Positions 56,082 through 64,000 of a stretch of 64,000 bases of DNA are shown here, piece by piece (the stretch's first letter is position 1; each line of letters starts with the position of its first letter). The DNA is from Candidatus Binataceae bacterium (GTDB lineage Bacteria; Desulfobacterota; Binatia; Binatales; Binataceae). The DNA is taken from assembly GCA_050736695.1 (NCBI GenBank), contig JBOHWH010000135.1:28504-92503 (forward strand). Reading direction: 5' to 3'. Below the pieces are notes generated by a model, which was not told the origin of the DNA, searched no databases, and saw only the letters and a program-made list of their open reading frames with translations. The position numbers were made by a program, and so were the translations under genes.

Positions 56082-57865
56082 GTACGCCTTCACTTCGGCG
56101 GCGGATTCGTAACGGCACCCTGCTGCTGCTGGTGCTGGTCGTGCTACTCGGCGCGTTCACCCTTCCGCGCGTATACAGGCTGGGCGGCGCGATTCGCCAG
56201 ACGCTGTACCGCAACTACGTCAGTATCGATGCCGCGCAGCATATGCACATGGCGCTCGCGAACCTCGAGCTGGCCGAGCGCGACGGCCGCGCGAAGGATG
56301 CGCTGCCGGCGGCGCGCGCTGAATTTATGCTCCGGATGGACACCGAGGATCACGACTACACCGAGGCTGGCGAGCCGGAGCTCGCGCACGCGATTAGGTC
56401 GGACGCCGATCGGTTGTTCAGCGATATCGCCGCGGCTCCTCCCGGCGCGCGCCACGACGCGGAGTTCACCGCGCTGCACGCGCGTCTTGACGATCTGATC
56501 GCGATGAATCAGGCAGCGATGTTCCGGGCCGACAGCCGTTCCGCCGAGCTTGGGCGGCGGCTCACCTATCAATTCGCCGCGAGCCTTGCGCTGGTGCTGA
56601 TCTTCGGCGCCGCGATCTCGTGGGGGCTCGGATGGTCGCTGTCGCAGCCGCTGATCGAAGTTGCCGAACGCCTGCGCGGCGTCGGCCAGCGTCGCGGGCA
56701 GGTGCGGCTCGGGCCGCAAAAGTTCGCCGAGCTTGACGCGGTCGCGCGCGAGTTCAACCAGATGGCGGAGCGGCTCGAACGATTCGAAAAACTCAACGTC
56801 GATCGGCTGGTCTATGAAAAGAGCAAGACCGAGGCGATTATCGAAAGCCTCGAAGACGGCGTGGTCCTGATCGATTCCGAAGGAAGGGTCGCGCATATCA
56901 ACGAGATCGCCGCCTTGATCATGGGCGTCGAGCCGAAGGACGCGCTCGGCAGCCCATTCGAGGATCTGAGCAGCAATCATCCGCACTATCTGCGCGTGCG
57001 CGACGCACTGCATAATCTGCGCAAGGCCGGCCCTTTAAGCCAGCGAATCGAAGTCCAGTTGCACGTGCGCGGCCGCGACCACACCTACGTTCTTAAGCCC
57101 ATGCCGCTGCATCACGACGAGGGCGCCCCACTCGGCACCCTGCTGATTCTGCAGGACGTGACTTATCTGCGCGATCAGGATCGCGCGCGAGCCAACCTGA
57201 TCGCTACTCTGTCGCACGAGTTGCGTACTCCGCTGACCTCGCTCGCGCTATCGGCCGAGTTGCTCCGCCGTGACGGCGCGGCGCTTGATTCCAAGCAGCG
57301 AGAGTTGCTGGAAGCGATCCTCGAGGAATGCGCGCGCATGAAGGCGCTCAGCGGCAGCCTGCTCAATCTCGCGCGCGGCGAGCTCGCCTCAATCTCGGTG
57401 CAGCGCGAACGTCTGGACCTGCGCCAGATTATCGAAGAAGTCGTCCGCCGCTTCGCACTGCAAGCCGAAGAGAAGCATGTGAAACTGACCGGGCTGCTTG
57501 AACCTGTTCCTGAAATCTCAGGCGATGCGGTAAAGCTCTCGTGGGTGGTCTCGAACCTGATCGGCAACGCTCTGCGCTACACGCCCGAAGGCGGACAGAT
57601 AGAGGTGGCGGCTCGCCCAGTCGATTCGAAAGTGCGGCTCGAGGTCTCTGACTCAGGCCCGGGCATCCCATCCGAGATTCGCGAACACATCTTCGAACGG
57701 TTCGCGCAATATGGGCGCGGCGGAGTCGAAAACGGTTCCGCGGGACTGGGCCTGGCGATCGCAAAAGACATCGTCGCCGCGCATGGCGGCCGGATCTTTG
57801 TCGATAGCAACGCGGGCGTGGGCAGCCGCTTTGTGGTCGAACTGCCGGCCGGAGGAAATCTCTGA
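56078..57865 (+). CDS. Sensor histidine kinase (N-terminal TM and HAMP, PAS, HisKA, HATPase_c)
   Basis: H-box ATLSHELRTPLTSL, N-box SNLIGNALRYT, G-boxes SDSGPGIP and GLGLAIAKDIV. Overlaps the kdpD-N stop and the response-regulator start. Confidence 0.85.
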   Translation: MSTPSLRRRIRNGTLLLLVLVVLLGAFTLPRVYRLGGAIRQTLYRNYVSIDAAQHMHMALANLELAERDGRAKDALPAARAEFMLRMDTEDHDYTEAGEPELAHAIRSDADRLFSDIAAAPPGARHDAEFTALHARLDDLIAMNQAAMFRADSRSAELGRRLTYQFAASLALVLIFGAAISWGLGWSLSQPLIEVAERLRGVGQRRGQVRLGPQKFAELDAVAREFNQMAERLERFEKLNVDRLVYEKSKTEAIIESLEDGVVLIDSEGRVAHINEIAALIMGVEPKDALGSPFEDLSSNHPHYLRVRDALHNLRKAGPLSQRIEVQLHVRGRDHTYVLKPMPLHHDEGAPLGTLLILQDVTYLRDQDRARANLIATLSHELRTPLTSLALSAELLRRDGAALDSKQRELLEAILEECARMKALSGSLLNLARGELASISVQRERLDLRQIIEEVVRRFALQAEEKHVKLTGLLEPVPEISGDAVKLSWVVSNLIGNALRYTPEGGQIEVAARPVDSKVRLEVSDSGPGIPSEIREHIFERFAQYGRGGVENGSAGLGLAIAKDIVAAHGGRIFVDSNAGVGSRFVVELPAGGNL

Positions 57866-59211
57866 TGGCATCGCTGCTGATCGTTGACGACGAAAAAAAT
57901 ATCCGCCGCGGCCTCGTCTCATTCTTCGAGTCGCTCGGTTACTCCGTCGCAGCCGCCGAGAACGGCAAGGAAGCGGCCGCGATGCTTTCGAACCGTACGT
58001 TTGATCTGGTTCTGACCGACTTCCGGATGGCCGAGATGAATGGTCTCGAACTGGTCGGCGAGGTGTGCAGCCGCCAGCCCGACTGCCCGATCATCCTGAT
58101 GACCGCGTACGCAACCGTCGAGAACGCCGTAGCCGTGATGAAAGCCGGGGCGTACGACTACGTTACCAAGCCGTTCTCACTCGAGCAGATCCGGCACATC
58201 GTCGAGCGCGCACTCGAGCTGCGCGGTTTGCAGGCCGAGAATCGCGCACTGCGCGATACGATCGATGAGGCGCCGCTGCTCGAATCGAAGAGCGCCGTGA
58301 TGACGCATCAGCTCAAACTCGCGCGCCAGGCCGCCGCAAGCGACGCGACTATCCTGCTGACCGGCGAAAGCGGGACCGGCAAGAATGTGCTCGCCCGCCA
58401 GATGCATCGCTGGAGCCTGCGAAAAGACGGGCCGTTCGTGGTGATCAACTGCACCACCCTCTCCGACGAGCTGCTCGAAAGCGAATTGTTCGGACATATG
58501 CGCGGCTCGTTCACTGGAGCGGTGAAGGACAAGCCCGGACGGCTCGAAGCGGCCGACAAAGGCTCGGTGTTTCTCGACGAGATCGCCGATCTGACGCCAA
58601 CGCTACAAACCAAATTCCTGCGCTTCGTGCAGGAGCAGAGTTTCGAACGCGTCGGCGGCGACAAGACGATTCGCGTCAACGCGCGGATCATCGCCGCCTC
58701 CAATCGCGATCTCGAAGCCGAGGTCGCGGGCCGTCGCTTCCGCGAGGATCTTTTCTATCGCCTCAACGTCATCACGATTCGAGTTCCCGCCCTGCGCGAG
58801 CGGCGCGAGGACGTGCCCGCGCTGGCGCAGTGGATGCTCCAGGCGGCGGCGATCCGGCATCACCGGCCTGCGATGCGGCTGGCTCCGGAAGCGGCTGCGG
58901 CAATCTCAAAATATAGATGGCCGGGCAATGTACGCGAGCTGCGCAATGCGCTCGAACGCGCGGCCGTGCTCTCCCGCAGCGACGAAATCACCCGCGAGGA
59001 TTTACCCGATTCGATTTTTCGGGAAAACGCTGAGCCCGCGTCGGGCGGCGCGCAATCTCCAGGCCCGCATTCTCCAAGCCTCGAAGATCTCGAACGCGAG
59101 CATATCCGCCGCGTGCTCGCCGAAAGCGCAACTCTGGAAGAAGCGGCAGCCGCGCTCGGGATCAACGTCACCACGCTATGGCGCAAGCGCAAACGCTACG
59201 GCATCGAATGA
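57865..59211 (+). CDS. Sigma54-dependent Fis-family response regulator (NtrC-like: REC + AAA+ + HTH)
   Basis: REC domain (LIVDDE...D at LVLTDFRM), AAA+ Walker A GESGTGKN, GAFTGA-like ESELFGHMRGSFTGA, and a C-terminal Fis-type HTH. Confidence 0.9.
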   Translation: MASLLIVDDEKNIRRGLVSFFESLGYSVAAAENGKEAAAMLSNRTFDLVLTDFRMAEMNGLELVGEVCSRQPDCPIILMTAYATVENAVAVMKAGAYDYVTKPFSLEQIRHIVERALELRGLQAENRALRDTIDEAPLLESKSAVMTHQLKLARQAAASDATILLTGESGTGKNVLARQMHRWSLRKDGPFVVINCTTLSDELLESELFGHMRGSFTGAVKDKPGRLEAADKGSVFLDEIADLTPTLQTKFLRFVQEQSFERVGGDKTIRVNARIIAASNRDLEAEVAGRRFREDLFYRLNVITIRVPALRERREDVPALAQWMLQAAAIRHHRPAMRLAPEAAAAISKYRWPGNVRELRNALERAAVLSRSDEITREDLPDSIFRENAEPASGGAQSPGPHSPSLEDLEREHIRRVLAESATLEEAAAALGINVTTLWRKRKRYGIE

Positions 59212-59229
59212 ACGCGGGCGTGGGTCGCG

Positions 59230-59658
59230 CTAGCGGATATAATAGCCGGACACGCGCCACTGTCCGTCTTTTTCCAGCATCGGCGTAACGATCTCTTTCG
59301 CCGCGCGGCGTCCGGCAAAATCCGTAGCATAAACCACGACCACGTATTTTCCCGGGGGAGCGCTTGGAAGCGAGGTCGCGTAGGTAGCAGATTCAAATTT
59401 ACGTGAGGTGACCGCGCCGAGCGGCTTGCGCACCGCATCCATCGCACTGGCGAATTGATCGGCGGTTGCCGCGGCTTTTACCGGCGCCGCAGCCTGCCGC
59501 CATGCCTGCGCGTACTGGCCCGCATCGATTTCGTGCAGCCATCCGAGCGCGACCGTTTGCGCGGCCGCTTCGTCGGCTTTCTCGTCAGCTCGAACCCCGG
59601 CCGCAAGCGCGACGACCAGACACGCCGCGATGACCCCGTATCGAATTGCACGCGTCAT
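59230..59658 (-). CDS. DUF4019-family secreted protein
   Basis: Signal peptide, and a C-terminus ...MLEKDGQWRVSGYYIR typical of DUF4019. Confidence 0.55.
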   Translation of the reverse strand: MTRAIRYGVIAACLVVALAAGVRADEKADEAAAQTVALGWLHEIDAGQYAQAWRQAAAPVKAAATADQFASAMDAVRKPLGAVTSRKFESATYATSLPSAPPGKYVVVVYATDFAGRRAAKEIVTPMLEKDGQWRVSGYYIR

Positions 59659-59720
59659 CCGTAGCTGCCCTCCTGACTGCGTGCTTTCTTAGCAGGCGCT
59701 GTTGATCACCGGCAAGCCGC

Positions 59721-60950
59721 TCAATCGATCGCAAGGCTCGCAAACGACACGCACGAGTCCGTCTGCGGCTCCATCGCGATGCCGTATTTAAGCAGCCGCG
59801 CGGGATGTCCGCGCAGGAGTTCGAGTTGAGTGTACATGGGAGCGACGCCGCAGATTTTCCGCTGGTCGCGATCGGCCGCGATCGCGGCGAAAAATCCAGC
59901 CGGATCGCCGCGCTTGATGTTTTCAATCAGCGCGAGGTCTTCGCGCTCGATCCGCTCGGCCATCGCCTGATCGGCCGCGAAAGCATCGCCGAATTTTCTG
60001 CCGACGTGCGCGAAATCCACCCCCGCGAGCACCAGCACGCCGCGGCGTTCAGCGGCGATCATCGCGCCGAGAGCCTCGGTAAACGAACCCACCCGCGGAT
60101 CGCCGGAGGGCGGACGCCCGGAGAGAATCATTTCGTGAAACGAGCTTACGAGAATCGGCACCACCTGGTAGCCGCGCACCCCCATCGCATAGGCAAGGAA
60201 CAGCGCCTGAAACTCGATCGAGTGCTCGCTGCGATGCAGAAACTCGTCGGCAAACAAATCGCCGCCCGAGTAGCGGCTGGCCAGTTGATCGGCGAACTCG
60301 CGATCGGTTTCGACCGTTCCTAGCGGGGTCAAATAACTCTTGCGCGTGGCGCTGAACAACTCCGGACCGGCGCCGTAGTGCGAAGTGCCAAGAATGATCA
60401 CCAGTTCGGGCGGCTCATGCGCCATCAGCTCGCCATACGCGTGCGCGTAGGCCGCTGCTCCGCGGCGCGGATCGATATGCGGCGCGATTAGTCCGCGCAG
60501 CGAGGATCCGGCTTTGCGCGCGGGTTTGCGGCCGGGACCGCCGGGAGGGTCGAAGAATTTCGCGAGTTCGTTGCGCAGTTGCGCGGGCTCAGGCGCGTAG
60601 CAAACTCCGGCGAGCGCGGCGGGCCGGTCGGTTTGGGCCCGGAATTCCTCGCGCACGTGGCGCTCATGATCGTGGAAAGCCGGAGAGTCGAGGAAATGCG
60701 CCCGGTCGAGCGCGCTCATCAACTCGGTGATCTTCTCGAGTTCAAGGACTTCGCCAAATCGCTTGGTAAATGCGGCCTGCACCTCGCGCAGATCGTTGCG
60801 GCCGTCGAACAGCGACACAATGAAATATGCGCCCATCCCGACCACGATCGGTTCGGGTGCAAGCCCCGTCGGATCGCGCAGGCAGATGTAGGTCTGTCCA
60901 TTCTGATCGAGTGGAAAGGCCTCGACAGCGCGAATAATCGGTTTATCCAT
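59721..60950 (-). CDS. MEMO1-family protein (AmmeMemoRadiSam system protein B-like) with an N-terminal extension of about 130 aa
   Basis: MEMO-like motifs (LIAPHIDPRRGAAAYAHAY, ILGTSHYG, GVDFAHVG). 409 aa, against about 270 aa for canonical members. Confidence 0.5.
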   Translation of the reverse strand: MDKPIIRAVEAFPLDQNGQTYICLRDPTGLAPEPIVVGMGAYFIVSLFDGRNDLREVQAAFTKRFGEVLELEKITELMSALDRAHFLDSPAFHDHERHVREEFRAQTDRPAALAGVCYAPEPAQLRNELAKFFDPPGGPGRKPARKAGSSLRGLIAPHIDPRRGAAAYAHAYGELMAHEPPELVIILGTSHYGAGPELFSATRKSYLTPLGTVETDREFADQLASRYSGGDLFADEFLHRSEHSIEFQALFLAYAMGVRGYQVVPILVSSFHEMILSGRPPSGDPRVGSFTEALGAMIAAERRGVLVLAGVDFAHVGRKFGDAFAADQAMAERIEREDLALIENIKRGDPAGFFAAIAADRDQRKICGVAPMYTQLELLRGHPARLLKYGIAMEPQTDSCVSFASLAID

Positions 60951-61107
60951 CAGGCCGGTTTTATGTTTTTATTGCGCGCGGCATTGCCGCGTGATGCGCG
61001 GACCAGTGCCACGCGCGTGTAAAGGATGCTATGGCCTTTGGCGCAACCCGGCAAGCGCTGGTTTACCCGCGCCGCGTGATGCGTGAGAATTTGGTAAAAG
61101 TGGAAGC

Positions 61108-61875
61108 ATGAAAATCGTTCGCTACAGTTCGAAAAGTCGCGTAAGTTTTGGCGCGCTCGACGGCACGTCGATTCTGCCGCTTGCGGGCGCGCTCGAGTTG
61201 CTCAAACCGGCGGCGGACGCCAAGCCGGTCGCGGCCGCGTCAGTCAAATTACTCGCGCCGATTGCGCCGGGCAAAATCGTCGCGGTGGGCGTTAATTATA
61301 GCGACCACGCCAGCGAGATGGGACGCCAACTCCCCGAGGAGCCGCTCCTGTTCATCAAACCCTCGACCTGCGTTATTGCTCCTGAGGCGCCGATCATCTA
61401 TCCGCCGCAGTCGAAGCTGCTGCATTACGAAGGCGAGCTCGCAATCGTGATTTCTCGCGCGGCGGCGAAAGTCGCAACCGAGGACGCGCGCGATTACGTG
61501 CTCGGCTACACCTGCATGAACGACGTGACCGCGCGCGACTTGCAGCGCAAAGACGTGCAGTTCACGCGCGGCAAAGGCTTCGACACGTTTGCGCCGCTGG
61601 GCCCCGTGATCGCGACCGACATCGCCGATCCTGACGATCTTGCGCTGACCACGCGCCTCAACGGCGAGGTGCGGCAGCAAAGCCGCACCTCGAATCTCAT
61701 CTTCAAGTGCGATTTTCTGGTCAGCTATATTTCGCACATCATGACGTTGCTGCCGGGTGATGTAATCTCGACCGGAACGCCGTCGGGCGTTGGCGAGATG
61801 AAACCGGGCGACACGGTCGAAGTCGAAATCGAGAAAATCGGATGTCTTCGGAGCATCGTCGCCGCGCCCCGCTGA
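61108..61875 (+). CDS. Fumarylacetoacetate hydrolase (FAH) family protein
   Basis: FAH-fold motifs (GVNYSDHASE, HYEGELAIVI, MNDVTARDLQ, GKGFDTFAPLGP, GTPSGVG). Confidence 0.85.
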   Translation: MKIVRYSSKSRVSFGALDGTSILPLAGALELLKPAADAKPVAAASVKLLAPIAPGKIVAVGVNYSDHASEMGRQLPEEPLLFIKPSTCVIAPEAPIIYPPQSKLLHYEGELAIVISRAAAKVATEDARDYVLGYTCMNDVTARDLQRKDVQFTRGKGFDTFAPLGPVIATDIADPDDLALTTRLNGEVRQQSRTSNLIFKCDFLVSYISHIMTLLPGDVISTGTPSGVGEMKPGDTVEVEIEKIGCLRSIVAAPR

Positions 61876-62273
61876 CCCGCGGCCGCCCGCGCGCCACCCC
61901 CGCTCCGGCGCATCGGCGCTACCGGGTAGGACGCACGCAGGATCTGGCGCCGGGCGAGTCGCAGAAGTTCATGCTGCCGATTCGCGGCACCGACGAAGAA
62001 TGTTTCCTGATCAATTTTTCGGGCGCGTTTCACGCATACGTGAATCGATGCCGCCATGTGCCGATGGCGATGGACTGGGTGGACAATCAGTTCTTCGCCG
62101 AAGAAGGGCGCTACCTGATGTGCCAGACGCACAACGCCTACTACGAACCGGGCTCGGGCCAATGTATCGCGGGACCGGAATCAGCCTGCGGAAAATTTCT
62201 GTATCGGGTACCGATCGAAATCGAAGAAGGGACTATTTACGCGCGCGCCCCCGAAGAGGAGTTCGACGACTGA
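61842..62273 (+). CDS. Rieske [2Fe-2S] domain protein
   Basis: Rieske ligands CRH (NRCRHVPMAMDW) and CQTH (LMCQTHNAYYE). The start overlaps the FAH 3' end. Confidence 0.7.
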   Translation: MSSEHRRRAPLTRGRPRATPAPAHRRYRVGRTQDLAPGESQKFMLPIRGTDEECFLINFSGAFHAYVNRCRHVPMAMDWVDNQFFAEEGRYLMCQTHNAYYEPGSGQCIAGPESACGKFLYRVPIEIEEGTIYARAPEEEFDD

Positions 62274-62288
62274 AAAAAGCTTCCCACT

Positions 62289-62540
62289 TTATTCGTATTC
62301 GTCGCCGAAATGAGCGCGCACGATACGCGCCTTCAAGTACTCGAGCGTGCCAAGATCCTCGACGATATCGCCCCCAGTGTCATAGAAGAACAGTTCTCCG
62401 TTCTTCGTACGCCCCACGGCGATTATCCACTCCAAGTCGTCTCGATCTTCGAGCAAATAGTTGATGGTCTGGGCCACACCCCGCCCGGGGATGATGGTAA
62501 TTTTCGGGCGGGCGACCTTTTCCTTTTCCTGCTTGGGCAT
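62289..62540 (-). CDS. Hypothetical small protein
   Basis: 83-aa ORF with protein-like composition, between the Rieske and rlmD-like genes. Confidence 0.3.
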   Translation of the reverse strand: MPKQEKEKVARPKITIIPGRGVAQTINYLLEDRDDLEWIIAVGRTKNGELFFYDTGGDIVEDLGTLEYLKARIVRAHFGDEYE

Positions 62541-62606
62541 CGTTGTGAATTACCCTCGGGCGCGAAGGTACGAACCGAATGATCTACATTAAGGATGGCC
62601 CGTGAT

Positions 62607-63878
62607 TTAAGTCAATACCGCATGCGCGGCGATCTCGGCGTGATGCGTATTGGGGAAAAAATCAAACGCGCGCACGCGCGATAATTTATAACCACGCGAC
62701 GCGAGCGCCCGCAGATCGCGCGCGAGAGTTGCAACATCGCACGACACGTACACAACGCGTGCGGGCGCAAGCTTCGCGATCGGTTCGATAAGCGCGGCCG
62801 CGCCGGTCCGCGGCGGATCCAGAATCACAACGTCGGGCCGAAATCGCGCGCGCTGCAAAAAGGCCGCAAGCTCGTGCGCCTTCATCGCGGCGAATTGCGC
62901 CTCGCCGAGCCCCATCCGCTCCGCGTTGCGCGCGGCAGCCGCGATCGCAGGCGAATCCGAATCGACACCGATGACCCTCGCGCCGCGCCGCGCGGCCGGG
63001 ATGCTGAAATTTCCGGAGCCGCAAAACAGATCGAGCAGCTTCGTCCCCGGCGCCGGCGCCGCCATCGCCATCACCTCCGCCACCAGGCGCAAATTCTGCG
63101 CGCGATTCACCTGGCTGAATAAATCCGCACCCGCGCGAAGGATGACGCCCGGCTCGATCTCCGCGTCGATTTCAACTTCGCCCAGAACCACGCGAAACTC
63201 ACCCGCGCGCAACACGATTCCCGCAATCCGCGCGTCGGACGCAAGCGCGCGGCGCGTTCGCTCGATCTGCTCGACACCCGCCGGCTTCTTCAGATGGCCG
63301 ACCAGCACCGTACGACTGTCATTCGCCGCAACTGCCTCGATCTCGATGAGGTCGCGCGCCAGCACCCGCGCCAGGATCGACGGCATCGCGATACTGTCCT
63401 CTCCGACCAGGCAACGCTCGATCGCGACCAATTCGTTGCTGCCCAGTTCGAAAAAGCCAAGCGCGCCACCGCGCCCAACCCGGAGCCGTATCCGTGCGCG
63501 GTATCCAAATTCGGCTGGCGCCGGCTCGACTAGACCGGCCGGATCGATCTTGATGCCAAGCGCACGGCTGAGTTCCCGGGCAATCAGCTCGGACTTCAGC
63601 CACACCTGCGCCGGGTACTCGATCTGCTGCCAGTCGCATCCTCCGCAGCGCGGCAGATAAGGGCAGGGCGTGGCGCGGCGCGCGGCGCCGCCCGCAACGA
63701 TCCGTTCGATCGAACCCAAGCTATAGTCGCGCCGCTCGGAACGTACCGCGACTTCGAGGCGATCTCCGGGCGCCACGTTGGGCACCATGATGGTCTTGCC
63801 GTCGCGATGCCCCAAGCCATACGGCCCGAGCGTCATCCCGGTGATCTCGATCTCCGCCATAGCAATCTCTAATCGCAC
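62607..63878 (-). CDS. rlmD: 23S rRNA (uracil-C5)-methyltransferase RlmD/RumA family (TRAM + Fe-S Cys cluster + class I SAM MTase)
   Basis: TRAM-like N-terminus, the Cys cluster CPYLPRCGGCDWQ, the SAM motif LLDLFCGSGNFS, and the catalytic VILDPPRTG. The start is M at 63878 or 63860. Confidence 0.8.
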   Translation of the reverse strand: MRLEIAMAEIEITGMTLGPYGLGHRDGKTIMVPNVAPGDRLEVAVRSERRDYSLGSIERIVAGGAARRATPCPYLPRCGGCDWQQIEYPAQVWLKSELIARELSRALGIKIDPAGLVEPAPAEFGYRARIRLRVGRGGALGFFELGSNELVAIERCLVGEDSIAMPSILARVLARDLIEIEAVAANDSRTVLVGHLKKPAGVEQIERTRRALASDARIAGIVLRAGEFRVVLGEVEIDAEIEPGVILRAGADLFSQVNRAQNLRLVAEVMAMAAPAPGTKLLDLFCGSGNFSIPAARRGARVIGVDSDSPAIAAAARNAERMGLGEAQFAAMKAHELAAFLQRARFRPDVVILDPPRTGAAALIEPIAKLAPARVVYVSCDVATLARDLRALASRGYKLSRVRAFDFFPNTHHAEIAAHAVLT

Positions 63879-64000
63879 GGCCTTTGCGCCTGCCCTTTAC
63901 TTCGCTGATTTTGGCGCTATCGGCCTCGTTTCGTGAACAATATAATCGATTGAGCGGGTTGAATCGCCGCGCCCGAGTTCCTGGACCTTTTGATAAGGTG

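Noticed and set aside
56144-57013. 289-aa minus-strand ORF within the histidine kinase gene
   Set aside because: It is antisense to a gene with H, N and G boxes. Artefact.

Overview
This is a high-GC (about 63-65%) bacterial chromosomal segment with three parts.

(1) Core housekeeping genes (1-10 kb). They include a YkgJ-like Cys-cluster protein, a membrane-anchored Bcp peroxiredoxin, ilvE, pcnB, a bacterioferritin-like protein, a CDP-alcohol phosphatidyltransferase, a DHH/DHHA1 phosphoesterase, a glutaredoxin-like protein, a CMD-family protein, an FAD-dependent oxidoreductase, and a tRNA-Val(CAC) with a clear sigma70-type promoter.

(2) A roughly 22.4-kb mosaic genomic island (about 10.18-32.6 kb). 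It starts right after the tRNA-Val 3' end and is flanked by imperfect direct repeats of several hundred bp that include the tRNA 3' end and a small zinc-ribbon gene. Its cargo is:
- a large serine recombinase with a DUF2924 partner;
- a decayed Type I R-M locus, with hsdR split by an IS1595-family transposase plus low-GC passenger ORFs, and hsdM truncated;
- a phage remnant (ParB-domain DNA methyltransferase, putative small terminase, large terminase);
- two convergent secreted proteins (an S53 sedolisin-like peptidase and a PQQ-type beta-propeller protein) that share a C-terminal beta-sandwich domain;
- a GTCAACCGCC iteron array plus palindrome at the right junction.
Just beyond the island are a frameshifted DUF2924 remnant (relic of an older element) and an AhpD-like gene with a single in-frame TGA at its CxxC position, followed by a SECIS-like hairpin. 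This is a candidate selenoprotein.

(3) Core/accessory metabolism (34-64 kb). It contains two family III CoA-transferases, an SDR, MBL and alpha/beta hydrolases, a frameshifted ABCD-type ABC transporter, and a GH5 glycosidase abutting an orphan boxC-boxB (aerobic benzoyl-CoA pathway) pair. A GT87 membrane glycosyltransferase follows. A complete kdpFABC operon comes next, with a sensor-domain-only KdpD, a separate PAS histidine kinase and a sigma54-dependent NtrC-type regulator; a -24/-12 promoter candidate lies upstream of kdpF. The segment ends with DUF4019, a MEMO1-like protein, an FAH-family hydrolase, a Rieske protein and an RlmD-like rRNA methyltransferase.

All functional calls rest on motif and domain recognition by eye, without database searches.
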